64,000 nt of DNA, from contig CAJTRI010000001.1 in assembly GCA_910578615.1 (NCBI GenBank), positions 162,172-226,171 of the forward strand, written 5' to 3'. Below the pieces are notes generated by a model, which saw only the letters and a list, made by a program, of their open reading frames with translations, made no database searches and was not told where the DNA came from. A program made the position numbers and the translations under genes. Shown here piece by piece: positions 8,857 to 18,072 of this stretch; the first letter of the stretch is position 1; every line of letters begins with the position of its first letter. The stretch is from an uncultured Duncaniella sp. (GTDB taxonomy: Bacteria; Bacteroidota; Bacteroidia; Bacteroidales; Muribaculaceae).

Positions 8857-9987
8857 ATGTCTGTTACAATCAAAGCCATATCACCCTCCAAGAAAGAACT
8901 GACCGACTATGTGAAGTTCGGTATCGACCTTTACAAGAACAACCCATACTATGTCCCGCCACTGATATCTGACGATGTCGCCACGCTCACCCCTTCAAAG
9001 AATCCCGCGTTTGACTTCTGCGATTCGCAGTCGTTCATGGCTTATCGTGACGGACGTCCCGTAGGGAGGATTACGGCGATTGTCAACAGGCTTCTCAATG
9101 AAAAGAGCGGAAAGAAGGAGGCGAGATTCGGTTTTGTGGACTATGTGGACGATGCCGAGGTGGCTGACTCGCTTTTTGATGCAGCCGAGGACTGGGCGCG
9201 CTCCAAGGGGATGACCGAGATGGTAGGCCCTATGGGTTTTTCCGATATGGATCACGAAGGTATGCTCATCGAGGGTTTTGACGAGATGGGCACCATGGCC
9301 ACTATATACAATCATCCTTACTATCGTTCCCATGTGGAACGTCGCGGATATACAAAGGATACTGACTGGGTGGAATACCGTATCACCATCCCTGACCGTA
9401 TACCCGAGAAGATGCAGCGCATAGCCGAGCTGGTGATGCGGAAATATAATCTCCGTATAGTCAAGTATACGTCAGGCAAGAAGATAAAGGCCGAATATGG
9501 CGAGGCTATCTTCGAGCTTATAAACGAGGCTTATTCCGACCTCTACGGATATTCTCCGCTGACAAGGCGCCAGATAGAATATTACATCGACATGTACCTC
9601 GGCCTTCTGCGGCTCGACTATGTGAGCCTTGTGGTTGACGCTTCCGACCGTCTGATAGGTGTTGGTGTCACCATTCCCTCTCTGTCGGCCGCGTTGCGCA
9701 AGAGCGGCGGAAAACTGCTTCCCTTGGGATGGTGGCATCTGCTACGCGCCATGAAGGGACATAACGATGTGGTCGATCTGATGCTTATCGCCGTCAGGCC
9801 CGAATACCAGTCAAAGGGTGTGAACTCGCTCTTCTTTTATGACCTCCTCAACCTCTATATCCGTGACGGCGTGAAGTTTGCCGAGACCAACCTTGAACTG
9901 GAAGAAAATCTCAACGTGCAGTCACAATGGGAATACTTCGAGCGTCGTCTTCACCGGCGGCGCCGTGCGTTCCGCAAACAGCTCTGA
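8857..9987 (+). CDS. Conserved hypothetical protein, probable duplicated-GNAT-fold acyltransferase
   Basis: 376 aa. The N-terminal half (RFGFVDYVDDAEVADSLFDAAEDWARSKGMTEMVGPMGF) and the C-terminal half (LIAVRPEYQSKGVNSLFFYDL) both look like GNAT acyl-CoA binding cores. The assignment is from memory of similar Bacteroidales proteins annotated as N-acetyltransferase. Confidence 0.45.
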   Translation: MSVTIKAISPSKKELTDYVKFGIDLYKNNPYYVPPLISDDVATLTPSKNPAFDFCDSQSFMAYRDGRPVGRITAIVNRLLNEKSGKKEARFGFVDYVDDAEVADSLFDAAEDWARSKGMTEMVGPMGFSDMDHEGMLIEGFDEMGTMATIYNHPYYRSHVERRGYTKDTDWVEYRITIPDRIPEKMQRIAELVMRKYNLRIVKYTSGKKIKAEYGEAIFELINEAYSDLYGYSPLTRRQIEYYIDMYLGLLRLDYVSLVVDASDRLIGVGVTIPSLSAALRKSGGKLLPLGWWHLLRAMKGHNDVVDLMLIAVRPEYQSKGVNSLFFYDLLNLYIRDGVKFAETNLELEENLNVQSQWEYFERRLHRRRRAFRKQL

Positions 9988-11135
9988 TGGGGCCGGGACG
10001 TTTGAAAATACTCCTTCTCGGTGACGCGAGCAACTTCCACCACACTCTGGCTTCGGGGTTGGAGCGTCTGGGACATGACGTCACCGTGGCCTCGGAGGGC
10101 GGTGGATGGATGAGAACCGCTAAGGATATTGACATATCGCGTCCGCTGGCCGGCAGATTAGGCGGTATGGCATTATGGCTGCGCCTGCTGTCTGGATTGC
10201 GTAAGAAGCTTACCGGCTTTGACGTGGTATCAATACATTCTACCGGGTTTCTCAGTCTGCGTCCGCATCGCGTAAGGGCTGTCTATGACTACATCCTTCC
10301 GCGTAACCGTGGTGTGTTTCATTCCGTACTTGGCACGACTCCGTCATATGTCATGGAATGCATTGATCCCGAGACTGTCCTGAGATACAATGAGTTCAGG
10401 CTCTTCGGGTGTGAGTCTCCCTACTGTATGGAACATCCGGGCATAGTGGACGAATGGCTTTCCCCCCCTCTCGTGGGGCTTGAACGCCGTATCAATGACA
10501 CAATCCTCGGAGGAGTCACTGCCCTCTATGAATATGACGTGGCGCTGCGGCGCGCACTTCCGCCGGATAGGATCGCATACGGGGGTATTCCTGTGGATAC
10601 ATCCTCGATTCCGGCTGTCGGATTGCCTGACCGTATAGGGAGGGTGAGGATATTCCTCGGACGCCATAAAGGACGTCTTGCCGAGAAAGGTACCGACATC
10701 CTTGAAGCCGCAGCCCGTGCCGTTGTGGAGCGCTATCCCGATAAGGCCGAGCTGGTGATAGTGGAGAACCGTCCCTATGATGAGTATCTTTCCCTCCTTC
10801 GCTCGGCCCACATAGTCCTTGACCAGCTTTATAGTTACAGTCCGGCCACCAACGCCCTTCTGGCCATGGCCATGGGGCTGACCACCGTCTCGGGTGGGGA
10901 CGAGGCATATTATGACTTTATCGGTGAACGTGAGATGCGTCCTGTCCTCCATGTCGAGCCTGACTATGAGAGTGCCCGTGCGGTTCTCGAACATGCTGTC
11001 CTGAATCCTGAGACACTGAAAGTCCGTGGACGGGAGGGAAGAAGATTCGTCGAAAAACATAACGACTACGTGGTGGTGGCGCGCCGGAACGTAGACTTCT
11101 GGACGCGTCGTCTTGCAGAGGAGGGGCGCTTGTGA
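9987..11135 (+). CDS. GT-B fold glycosyltransferase (GT4/GT1-like)
   Basis: The start MGPGRLKILLLGDASNFHH is chosen at the TGATG overlap with the upstream stop. The C-terminal half is typical of GT-B (EKGTDILEAAARAV..LDQLYSYSPATNALLAMAMGL). Confidence 0.7.
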   Translation: MGPGRLKILLLGDASNFHHTLASGLERLGHDVTVASEGGGWMRTAKDIDISRPLAGRLGGMALWLRLLSGLRKKLTGFDVVSIHSTGFLSLRPHRVRAVYDYILPRNRGVFHSVLGTTPSYVMECIDPETVLRYNEFRLFGCESPYCMEHPGIVDEWLSPPLVGLERRINDTILGGVTALYEYDVALRRALPPDRIAYGGIPVDTSSIPAVGLPDRIGRVRIFLGRHKGRLAEKGTDILEAAARAVVERYPDKAELVIVENRPYDEYLSLLRSAHIVLDQLYSYSPATNALLAMAMGLTTVSGGDEAYYDFIGEREMRPVLHVEPDYESARAVLEHAVLNPETLKVRGREGRRFVEKHNDYVVVARRNVDFWTRRLAEEGRL

Positions 11136-11950
11136 TGACTCTTGACGTGCTCATATCCACTCATGGCCCCGAGGGTATACGCCGTGTCGGGCGCATGAAT
11201 ATGCCGTCTGTCGAAGGTGTGAGATATATAGTCACATGGCAGGGGCATGGAGGGGCAGAAATTCCTCCGTCCCTTCTCACGCGCGATGATGTGGAGGTGT
11301 GCCGTGTTGAGAGCATGGGGCTTAGCCGTAACCGTAACGAGGGAATATCACGTTCACGGGCCGATATCTATCTGATTGCCGATGATGACCTTCGCTACAC
11401 GATGCACGATCTTCGCGGTGTGATAGAGGCCTTTGAGAAACGTCCGTCCATGGATGTGGCTGTCTTTATGTATGACGGCCCTGACGGCAAGTCCTATCCC
11501 GCAGTGGAAACCCCGCTTTTCCCTTTGCCACGTGGCTACTTCCCCACCTCGTTCGAGATAGCCGTCAGACGGTCGGAACGCACCTCGGTGATGAGGTTTG
11601 ATCCACGTTTCGGACTCGGTTCGGGGGTGTTCCATGTAGGCGAGGAGGACGTTTTCCTACTTCACGGGCGCTCTCTCGGGCTTGACATGCGCTTTATACC
11701 CCATCGGGTGACCACTCATGCCGGTCTGACTACCGGGTTGCGTCAGATAAGTGACCCTCGGGTTCTGCGAGGTGCCGGTGCCGGAATCTTCTATTATTAT
11801 CCCGTGACGGCCGTTCTGCGTGTCCCCCTAAAAGCATGGAGGCTGTCACGCTCGGGCCGTGCGCCTTTGTTCCGTTCGCTTGTACAGCTTGCAATCGGGG
11901 CCTTGTATGCAGCCATCTTACTCCGAAAACCATGGGAAACCCCTCTCTGA
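11135..11950 (+). CDS. GT-A fold (family 2-like) glycosyltransferase
   Basis: MTLDVLISTHGPEG.., with a DxD region in YLIADDDLRY. The gene starts at a TGATG overlap with the upstream gene. Confidence 0.65.
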   Translation: MTLDVLISTHGPEGIRRVGRMNMPSVEGVRYIVTWQGHGGAEIPPSLLTRDDVEVCRVESMGLSRNRNEGISRSRADIYLIADDDLRYTMHDLRGVIEAFEKRPSMDVAVFMYDGPDGKSYPAVETPLFPLPRGYFPTSFEIAVRRSERTSVMRFDPRFGLGSGVFHVGEEDVFLLHGRSLGLDMRFIPHRVTTHAGLTTGLRQISDPRVLRGAGAGIFYYYPVTAVLRVPLKAWRLSRSGRAPLFRSLVQLAIGALYAAILLRKPWETPL

Positions 11951-13374
11951 GACATCACGGAAACGCTCTCTCACGCACCGTGTTCAAGGCCATGGGGGTC
12001 TTTGGCGGTATGCAGGTGTTCTCTATCCTCTGCGGCATAGTGAGGATAAAGCTTATAGCTGTCTGGCTCGGGACGGCCGGCGTGGGGTTGTTTGCTATCT
12101 TCAATTCCGCCGTTACCCTTGTCTCCGGGTTCTCCCAGCTCAACCTGCGCACGAGCGCCGTCCGTGCTATCGCATCGGGGCATGATGGCAGGTCGCTCGC
12201 GTCGGTCATCTATTCCGTCAGGAAACTGGCGTTGTGGCTCGGGCTGGCCGGCGTGGCCGTAATGCTACTCTCGGCTCCTGTTTTCAGTTTGCGCACGTTC
12301 GGCTCATTCGAGATGACAGGCAGTTTTATGCTCCTTGCGGTCGCGGTCTTCGTTATGTCGCTGACCATGGCTGAACAGGCCGCTCTCCAAGGCCTTGAAC
12401 GTATGCGCGCTCTTGCCATCAGCAATATCCGGGGTGTAGGTATAGGGCTGGTGGTCAGTCTGCCATTACTCTATTTTTTCAGAATGGAGAGCGTGGCATG
12501 GGTCATAATGGCTTATTCTTTCACAACGTGGCTTGGTGTGAGGTGGTCGAGGGCCGAGGTGACTCTTGCAGGGCCTGCGCCCAAGGTCAGGGAGGTGTGG
12601 GAAATCGGACGCCCTATACTTATAATGGGTTTCTATCTTACTCTTGCGGCCGTTCTTGCGGAATTGTGCTCTTATATCTTCATCGCCTATCTCAACCACA
12701 GTGGTGGCACTTCGGAAGTCGGACTGTTCCAGTCGGGCTACACCATTGTCAACCGCTATATGGGCATGGTGTTTTCAGCCATAGGGATGGAGTTTTTTCC
12801 TCGTCTCACCTCGGCTTCTGTCTCTCCCTGTCGGACACGCATCTTCGTGGCTCATGAGATTCTGCTCCTTACCATGGTGATGCTCGGGATTGTCTCGATT
12901 TTCATTCCTTTGGCTCCGTTGGGAGTGAGGATGCTCTATACCTCGGATTTTCTTGCTATCGTCCCGTTTGTGATTTTGTCAATGCCGGGGGTGATTATTC
13001 AGGGTGTTAGCTGGTGTCTGGCCTATGTCATACTTGCCCGTGGTGACGGACGTGTCTATATGGCGGTTGAGATATTCAGCACCCTTACCACCATAACACT
13101 CAACATATTGTTTTACCGATATTGGGGCCTTCCCGGCGTAGGACTTTCATTCACTCTTTACTATTTGGCGTATCTCTTTGTCCTCCTGCCTATATATTAC
13201 AGACGCTATCGTCTCAACATCCCGGTCAGGACTATATGGATCGTTGTCACCGTCTTTGTGGCTGTATGCGTCACCTCTGCGACAGCCTTGTTGTTCAATC
13301 CGTTGTGTTCGCTATTTATTGCAGTCCCTTCCCTTCTCATCTCCATCCTATCCGTACGCCGGCTCTTGGGTTGA
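11932..13374 (+). CDS. Wzx-like oligosaccharide/polysaccharide flippase (MOP superfamily)
   Basis: About 480 aa and polytopic, with 12 or more hydrophobic helices. The N-terminus reads ALSRTVFKAMGVFGGMQVFSILCGIVRIKLIAVWLG. The start is set at the internal ATG 11932 and overlaps the GT-A stop by 19 nt. Confidence 0.8.
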   Translation: MGNPSLRHHGNALSRTVFKAMGVFGGMQVFSILCGIVRIKLIAVWLGTAGVGLFAIFNSAVTLVSGFSQLNLRTSAVRAIASGHDGRSLASVIYSVRKLALWLGLAGVAVMLLSAPVFSLRTFGSFEMTGSFMLLAVAVFVMSLTMAEQAALQGLERMRALAISNIRGVGIGLVVSLPLLYFFRMESVAWVIMAYSFTTWLGVRWSRAEVTLAGPAPKVREVWEIGRPILIMGFYLTLAAVLAELCSYIFIAYLNHSGGTSEVGLFQSGYTIVNRYMGMVFSAIGMEFFPRLTSASVSPCRTRIFVAHEILLLTMVMLGIVSIFIPLAPLGVRMLYTSDFLAIVPFVILSMPGVIIQGVSWCLAYVILARGDGRVYMAVEIFSTLTTITLNILFYRYWGLPGVGLSFTLYYLAYLFVLLPIYYRRYRLNIPVRTIWIVVTVFVAVCVTSATALLFNPLCSLFIAVPSLLISILSVRRLLG

Positions 13375-13391
13375 GAATCAGGATTGGGTGT

Positions 13392-14063
13392 TCATAGATA
13401 CTCTGACAGACTTTCTATGTCCGGGAGTATTAAGGTGCCGGTGGGGATTTCTTCTATCTGGCTCTCGTCCCACGGCACACCCTTGATGAGGGCTGTGGGA
13501 CATCCCAGCGCCGTTGCCGGGACTATATCCTTGTTTACGCTGTCACCAACCACGAGTGTCTCTCTCCCCGTCAGTCCCAAGGAATCCAAACCGATGCGGA
13601 ATATGGCCGAATCCGGCTTGCGAACCCCTACCCTTCCGCTGTCTGTCACCGAACGGAACAGATGCCTTATACCATATGTCCGCAAGACGGTATCAAGGTT
13701 GCCGTAGAAATTAGATACTACAGCCATAGTATAACGTCTGCCGAGGCTTTCAAGCACCTTCCGGGAACGGTTGACACATTCACGTGTCTTATTGTCGCAG
13801 TTTCGGGCTATGCGCCATGCAAGGGTGTCATCGCTGATTCCTATACTTTGCAACTGGATTCTTATCTTCTTTTCAAGCAGATTAAGCATCGTGTCCCCCC
13901 GGCTCACAAGCGGCTGGATGCCGCGTTCTCCCGCTATATAGGCATCGCGTGACAGTTCTAAGCCTTCCTCACGGTAGGCTCTTCCGATGACGTGATACCA
14001 ATGGTCGCCTCGGGAGTCTATCGTACCCCCGTAGTCAAATATTATCCCCTTGATACCTTCCAT
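13392..14063 (-). CDS. HAD-superfamily hydrolase/phosphatase
   Basis: HAD motif I is IIFDYGGTID. Motif III/IV is VGVRKPD ... LVVGDSVNKDI. The start is set at MEGIKG (ATG 14063). Confidence 0.75.
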   Translation of the reverse strand: MEGIKGIIFDYGGTIDSRGDHWYHVIGRAYREEGLELSRDAYIAGERGIQPLVSRGDTMLNLLEKKIRIQLQSIGISDDTLAWRIARNCDNKTRECVNRSRKVLESLGRRYTMAVVSNFYGNLDTVLRTYGIRHLFRSVTDSGRVGVRKPDSAIFRIGLDSLGLTGRETLVVGDSVNKDIVPATALGCPTALIKGVPWDESQIEEIPTGTLILPDIESLSEYL

Positions 14064-14982
14064 TTTCGAGTTCGCGGGTGAGGCGGCGGCATATTCCTTC
14101 GTGGCGGATGACCATATAGACAGCCAGTGCGTTGAGAAGGGTGAGTTCGTAGACAAAATACAGCCATGGCATTCCCATGAAGAGCGTGATGAAAAGTCCT
14201 ATCGTGCGCCAGTTGAATGTGAGTATGTTGGTGTATTTCATCAACGGCAGGGACAGGCGGCGGAACTCCTTGCGGAACCCTTCGGGAATGCGTCCGTCCG
14301 GGAAACGGCGTTTCAGTTCGCGTCTCAGTCTCTGCATGGCGGGTGACGAGGCCTCCTGACCGAGAGTGTATCCAAGATAGATTCTCATTGTCAGACGTTT
14401 CCAGAAACCGGCATGTTTCTGTTCTTCAAGCTGCCGCCTGAGCGAGGTGGCGCTGTCAAGCTCGCTGCCATCCTCTCCTTTGAGGAAGTACAGATGGAAC
14501 TGGCGGTAATAGTCGGCCATAGAGGCCTGTCTTGCGTGGCAGATTCCGGCGGTTCCCGCCGTCACCCACAATATCCAGTGGTGGGACTCGAAGAGCGATA
14601 CCGACATGTTGCCTCTGAGCACTATGGCGATATAGATTGATGCAAACCAGAAGTCGCCGCTCATCCCGTCAAGTATGCGCCCGAGACGTGAGTATTGCCG
14701 GGTCATGCGTGCCAGTTGTCCGTCGGCACTGTCAAAGGAGTTGGCCCATATGAGGAGCAGCATCCCGGCTACATTGACCATAAGGTCTGGGAAGTAGAAC
14801 AGCACACCGGCTCCAACCCCGAGAAATATCGAGGCTATGGTTATGGCGTTTGGGGTGATGCCGAGCCGGGCGGCTATCTTGGCCCATACGAACCCGATCG
14901 GCCGATAGAAGGCAAGGTCGATCCGCTCCTCGGTATCCATTGATTTGAGCGAGTCCCGATATTCCTCTTTCCAGCTTCCCAT
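14035..14982 (-). CDS. CDP-alcohol phosphatidyltransferase family protein (second copy, divergent motif spacing)
   Basis: FDSADGQLARMTRQYSRLGRILDGMSGD matches DxxDGxxAR..G..D, but the last two Asp residues are 4 residues apart rather than 3. The protein is polytopic. Confidence 0.75.
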   Translation of the reverse strand: MGSWKEEYRDSLKSMDTEERIDLAFYRPIGFVWAKIAARLGITPNAITIASIFLGVGAGVLFYFPDLMVNVAGMLLLIWANSFDSADGQLARMTRQYSRLGRILDGMSGDFWFASIYIAIVLRGNMSVSLFESHHWILWVTAGTAGICHARQASMADYYRQFHLYFLKGEDGSELDSATSLRRQLEEQKHAGFWKRLTMRIYLGYTLGQEASSPAMQRLRRELKRRFPDGRIPEGFRKEFRRLSLPLMKYTNILTFNWRTIGLFITLFMGMPWLYFVYELTLLNALAVYMVIRHEGICRRLTRELENGRYQGDNI

Positions 14983-14989
14983 TATTCAG

Positions 14990-15919
14990 TTATCCGGCTA
15001 TATAGCCTTTGTAAGCCTCCATGAATCTTCTGAATATGCCCAGCCTCATAAGCACCTTTTCGAACAGCAGCCAGCCGAGGATTGTGACACCTATTCCGGC
15101 AATGACATCGATTATATAGTGGTGGGAGGTATATACCGCCGTCCACCATATCCCGAGGCATATAAAGGCAAAGATGGCTCTGAGCCACCATCCGCAGCGT
15201 GCGCGCAGCGAATAGATGAACGCTATGAGCATATATGCGGCATGGAGTGACGGCAGTGCCGCGAAGACGTTGGAGTTGCGGGAATACAGTCCGTCAAAGA
15301 TGGCGGTGCCCGTCATGGCGTCCCAGGCTGACAGACCGGCGGTCTCGCCGTGTGTGCCGGGGATGAATTCAAATCCGTGCATGGCCACATACCACGGCGG
15401 GGCGGCGGGATGGATGTAATATCCGGCGAATCCCAGAAGGTTCACGAAGAGAAATACCAACGAGAAGTGGAGGTAGACCTCGTATTGCCGTCCGAAATAG
15501 AGCCACAGTCCGAAAATTATGGGTACGGGAACCCAGCATAGATAGAAGCATCCGGCCATGAAGTCAAGAATCTTTGAAGTGTGGGCTGCCCACCATTCGT
15601 TGGGGGTGGAAGATCCTATTCCGAACAATGATTTTTCGGCATCGTAGAGTCCGCGTATGTCCACAGGATTGACCTCGTAGTTGGGCAGGATATTCATCCA
15701 GTCATACGAAATCCCGAACACAATGAACGGAAGTAGGGCCACAACCATTCTGCGGGTAGCGCCGGTGGCAAAGAGCAGTATGGTGAGCAGGGCGAGGATA
15801 TATACATGTTCTGTGCGCAGACCCACGAATAGCCCCGTGACGAGGAGCCACAGGCCGAGGATGGCTATGATGACGGCGCTTTCGCGTGTTGTAGCCGAGG
15901 TGCGTGCTGTTGATGACAT
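14990..15919 (-). CDS. PAP2_3 / Aur1-like phosphotransferase (inositol-phosphorylceramide synthase family)
   Basis: Polytopic protein. The motifs ALPSLHAAYM and YTSHHYIIDVIAG correspond to the C2 and C3 (H-H-Y-x-x-D-V) motifs of the Aur1/sphingomyelin-synthase-like PAP2 branch. Confidence 0.7.
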   Translation of the reverse strand: MSSTARTSATTRESAVIIAILGLWLLVTGLFVGLRTEHVYILALLTILLFATGATRRMVVALLPFIVFGISYDWMNILPNYEVNPVDIRGLYDAEKSLFGIGSSTPNEWWAAHTSKILDFMAGCFYLCWVPVPIIFGLWLYFGRQYEVYLHFSLVFLFVNLLGFAGYYIHPAAPPWYVAMHGFEFIPGTHGETAGLSAWDAMTGTAIFDGLYSRNSNVFAALPSLHAAYMLIAFIYSLRARCGWWLRAIFAFICLGIWWTAVYTSHHYIIDVIAGIGVTILGWLLFEKVLMRLGIFRRFMEAYKGYIAG

Positions 15920-15925
15920 CGCCGG

Positions 15926-16639
15926 TTACTTTTTGATGAGCTGTCGGCGCGCGTGATCCACGCGGGCAAATGCTGTGAGGTTGGCAAACACGGCTATAAT
16001 GCCCATGGCAACTATGAGGATGACGGCGGCATCAAATTCTCCCGGGTTCACAGAAAGCCCGGTTATGCCTGTGGCAAGGCAGCCGGCGGCAGTGACCACC
16101 ACTCTCTCGGGGCGCTGCATGAAGCCTATCTTGCATTCCAGTCCGAGACCTTCGGCACGTGCACGTACATAGCTCACCATTATTGAGCCTACGAGGGCCA
16201 CGAATGTGACGAGTGCCCCTGCCACATAGCCCTTTTGGAGCAGGTAGTAGGATATGCCTCCGAGGGTGAAAAGCTCGCAGTAGCGGTCAAGCACGGAGTC
16301 ATACATTGCTCCGAATGTTGTTGCCATATTTCCAAGGCGCGCCACCTGTCCGTCGAGCATGTCGAACAGGGAGAAAAGGATGATGATGGCGCCGGCCCAT
16401 GTCACCAGATCATAGTTCATCTCCGAAGGGGTGCCTGTATAACCGGCATAGACCAGTATGCCGGCTGCGGCGATATTGCCGAGAAGGCCTATCGTGGTGA
16501 CTATGTTTGGGGTGATGCCTATGCGGATAAGCAGTCTCACAAAGGGGTTGATGACACAGTAAATCCCCTGTTGGAGCGCGTCGCGCATTTTCTTGAACGT
16601 GGAGACCTTGTTTTCCATTGTTATGTTGGTTTCTGCCAT
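15926..16639 (-). CDS. CDP-alcohol phosphatidyltransferase (canonical motif; candidate PI/PIP synthase)
   Basis: The canonical D1xxD2GxxARx8Gx3D3x3D4 motif is present as FDMLDGQVARLGNMATTFGAMYDSVLDR. The track start is a TTG at 16678. I prefer ATG 16639, which leaves 4 nt after the GtrA stop. Confidence 0.85.
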   Translation of the reverse strand: MAETNITMENKVSTFKKMRDALQQGIYCVINPFVRLLIRIGITPNIVTTIGLLGNIAAAGILVYAGYTGTPSEMNYDLVTWAGAIIILFSLFDMLDGQVARLGNMATTFGAMYDSVLDRYCELFTLGGISYYLLQKGYVAGALVTFVALVGSIMVSYVRARAEGLGLECKIGFMQRPERVVVTAAGCLATGITGLSVNPGEFDAAVILIVAMGIIAVFANLTAFARVDHARRQLIKK

Positions 16640-16643
16640 TATT

Positions 16644-17201
16644 TTAGTTGTGTTTTCGGAGGTTAAAGGCATTGACAAACCTTATAGCATAGTTGTCAAA
16701 GCCGTTTTTCTTGTAGACGAAATTCTTCTGCATCAAGAAGTTCCAGAATATAGAGACTATCAGTGACACACTCAGGCGCGCGGCGGCGTAGAAGCCGTTT
16801 GGCTTGAATCCGAGATCTTCGGCCAGGAACGGGAACTTGTTAAGCAGTTCATAGACCAGTTGGGTTCCGTAGACGTTAAGGAGCAGGCTTCCTAACCATA
16901 TCATGGCATATTTAACCACCACGGCCTTGACAGGGACATCGGAGGCATGGAAGGTAAACCGATAGTTGATGCAACAGTTGACGATGCCGCCGCAGACGGC
17001 GCCTATGGCTGTCGAGAGCCACGGGGCGAGGTGGATGAACGCGAAGAAGACAAATCCCACACCCATGTCGATCCATGATGCTATCTGTGAGGATATGGAC
17101 GAGCGGAGGAAGGTGGTTACTATGTCGCCACCGTGGAGGAACCTGTCTTTCAGACGTGATATATTTTCAGGCATAGATTGGATTGCTGGGATTGGTTGCA
17201 T
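16644..17201 (-). CDS. GtrA-family membrane protein
   Basis: 185 aa with 4 TM helices. The GtrA signature reads CCINYRFTFHAS. Confidence 0.8.
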   Translation of the reverse strand: MQPIPAIQSMPENISRLKDRFLHGGDIVTTFLRSSISSQIASWIDMGVGFVFFAFIHLAPWLSTAIGAVCGGIVNCCINYRFTFHASDVPVKAVVVKYAMIWLGSLLLNVYGTQLVYELLNKFPFLAEDLGFKPNGFYAAARLSVSLIVSIFWNFLMQKNFVYKKNGFDNYAIRFVNAFNLRKHN

Positions 17202-17205
17202 GGCT

Positions 17206-18072
17206 TTATTTGTTTCGGCTCTTTATTTCGGCAAGTATAGCCCGGGCTATCACGGCGGAAGCCTCTATTCGGCAGGGCGCATAGCTGGGCCAGTCGTTAA
17301 GGTCGATGATATGGAATGTCCCGTCGGGGGCCACGATGGCGTCGCCGCCGTAAAGCTTTATGTCGAGTATGTCGGCTGCGCGCGAGCAGGTCTCCTTGAA
17401 TCTGTCGAGGTCAAAGCGCGGTGTGGGGCCGGGCATCGAGGAGGAGTCGTCCCCTTGCGGGGAGTAACTTTTCTCAAAGGGATAGAACCACTGGAACCAC
17501 GGAGTCCCGTTGACGCCGTAAAATTTGACCTGTTCCCCGTCCAGATGTCTCATGATGACGGCCCGCTTGATACCGCGCAGGAAGTATTCTTGGAGCACCT
17601 CCTGTGCCTCACCAGGGTGGCGGACATAGGTGACGTCCTCTTTGTGCTGGGCATAGAGGTCGCCTCTCTTGATCCATGCGCGTTCCATCCCGACGGCCTC
17701 CATCTTGGCGGTCACGGTCTGGTTGGTATTGACCATAAGACAGTCGGGGTAAGGGATGCCTGATCCGAGAAGGATGCGCGATAGGCGTTCGCGGGTACAG
17801 TTTTCCACCCCGTAACCCGAGTTGATGACAAGGCATCCGTCATCTTCCATGGCTTGGAGGACTGGAAAGGAGCGATGGTCGCGGCACATGTGGATTACGA
17901 CCCGTTCACTGACGGCTCCGGCTATAAGCTGTTCCTCGCTGTAAAGTCTCACCTCGCAGCCGCGTTTGCGGAGCTGTTCGGCAGTGAGGTTGAGGATGGC
18001 GGCGTCGTTGCCTATATGGTTGGGGGAGTAGGCTCCCGCGCGCAGTACGGCGGCAATCTTTATTTCGGCCAT
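17206..18072 (-). CDS. ATP-grasp fold protein, possibly an inositol(-phosphate) kinase-like enzyme
   Basis: 288 aa. The pre-ATP-grasp N-terminus is followed by WIKRGD..H and the C-terminal Mg-site motif FHIIDLNDWPSY. This D-x-N-x-aromatic-P-x-Y pattern is the one I remember from ITPK1-family kinases (VIDINAFPGY) rather than the E-x-N of ligase-type ATP-grasp enzymes. Confidence 0.5.
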   Translation of the reverse strand: MAEIKIAAVLRAGAYSPNHIGNDAAILNLTAEQLRKRGCEVRLYSEEQLIAGAVSERVVIHMCRDHRSFPVLQAMEDDGCLVINSGYGVENCTRERLSRILLGSGIPYPDCLMVNTNQTVTAKMEAVGMERAWIKRGDLYAQHKEDVTYVRHPGEAQEVLQEYFLRGIKRAVIMRHLDGEQVKFYGVNGTPWFQWFYPFEKSYSPQGDDSSSMPGPTPRFDLDRFKETCSRAADILDIKLYGGDAIVAPDGTFHIIDLNDWPSYAPCRIEASAVIARAILAEIKSRNK

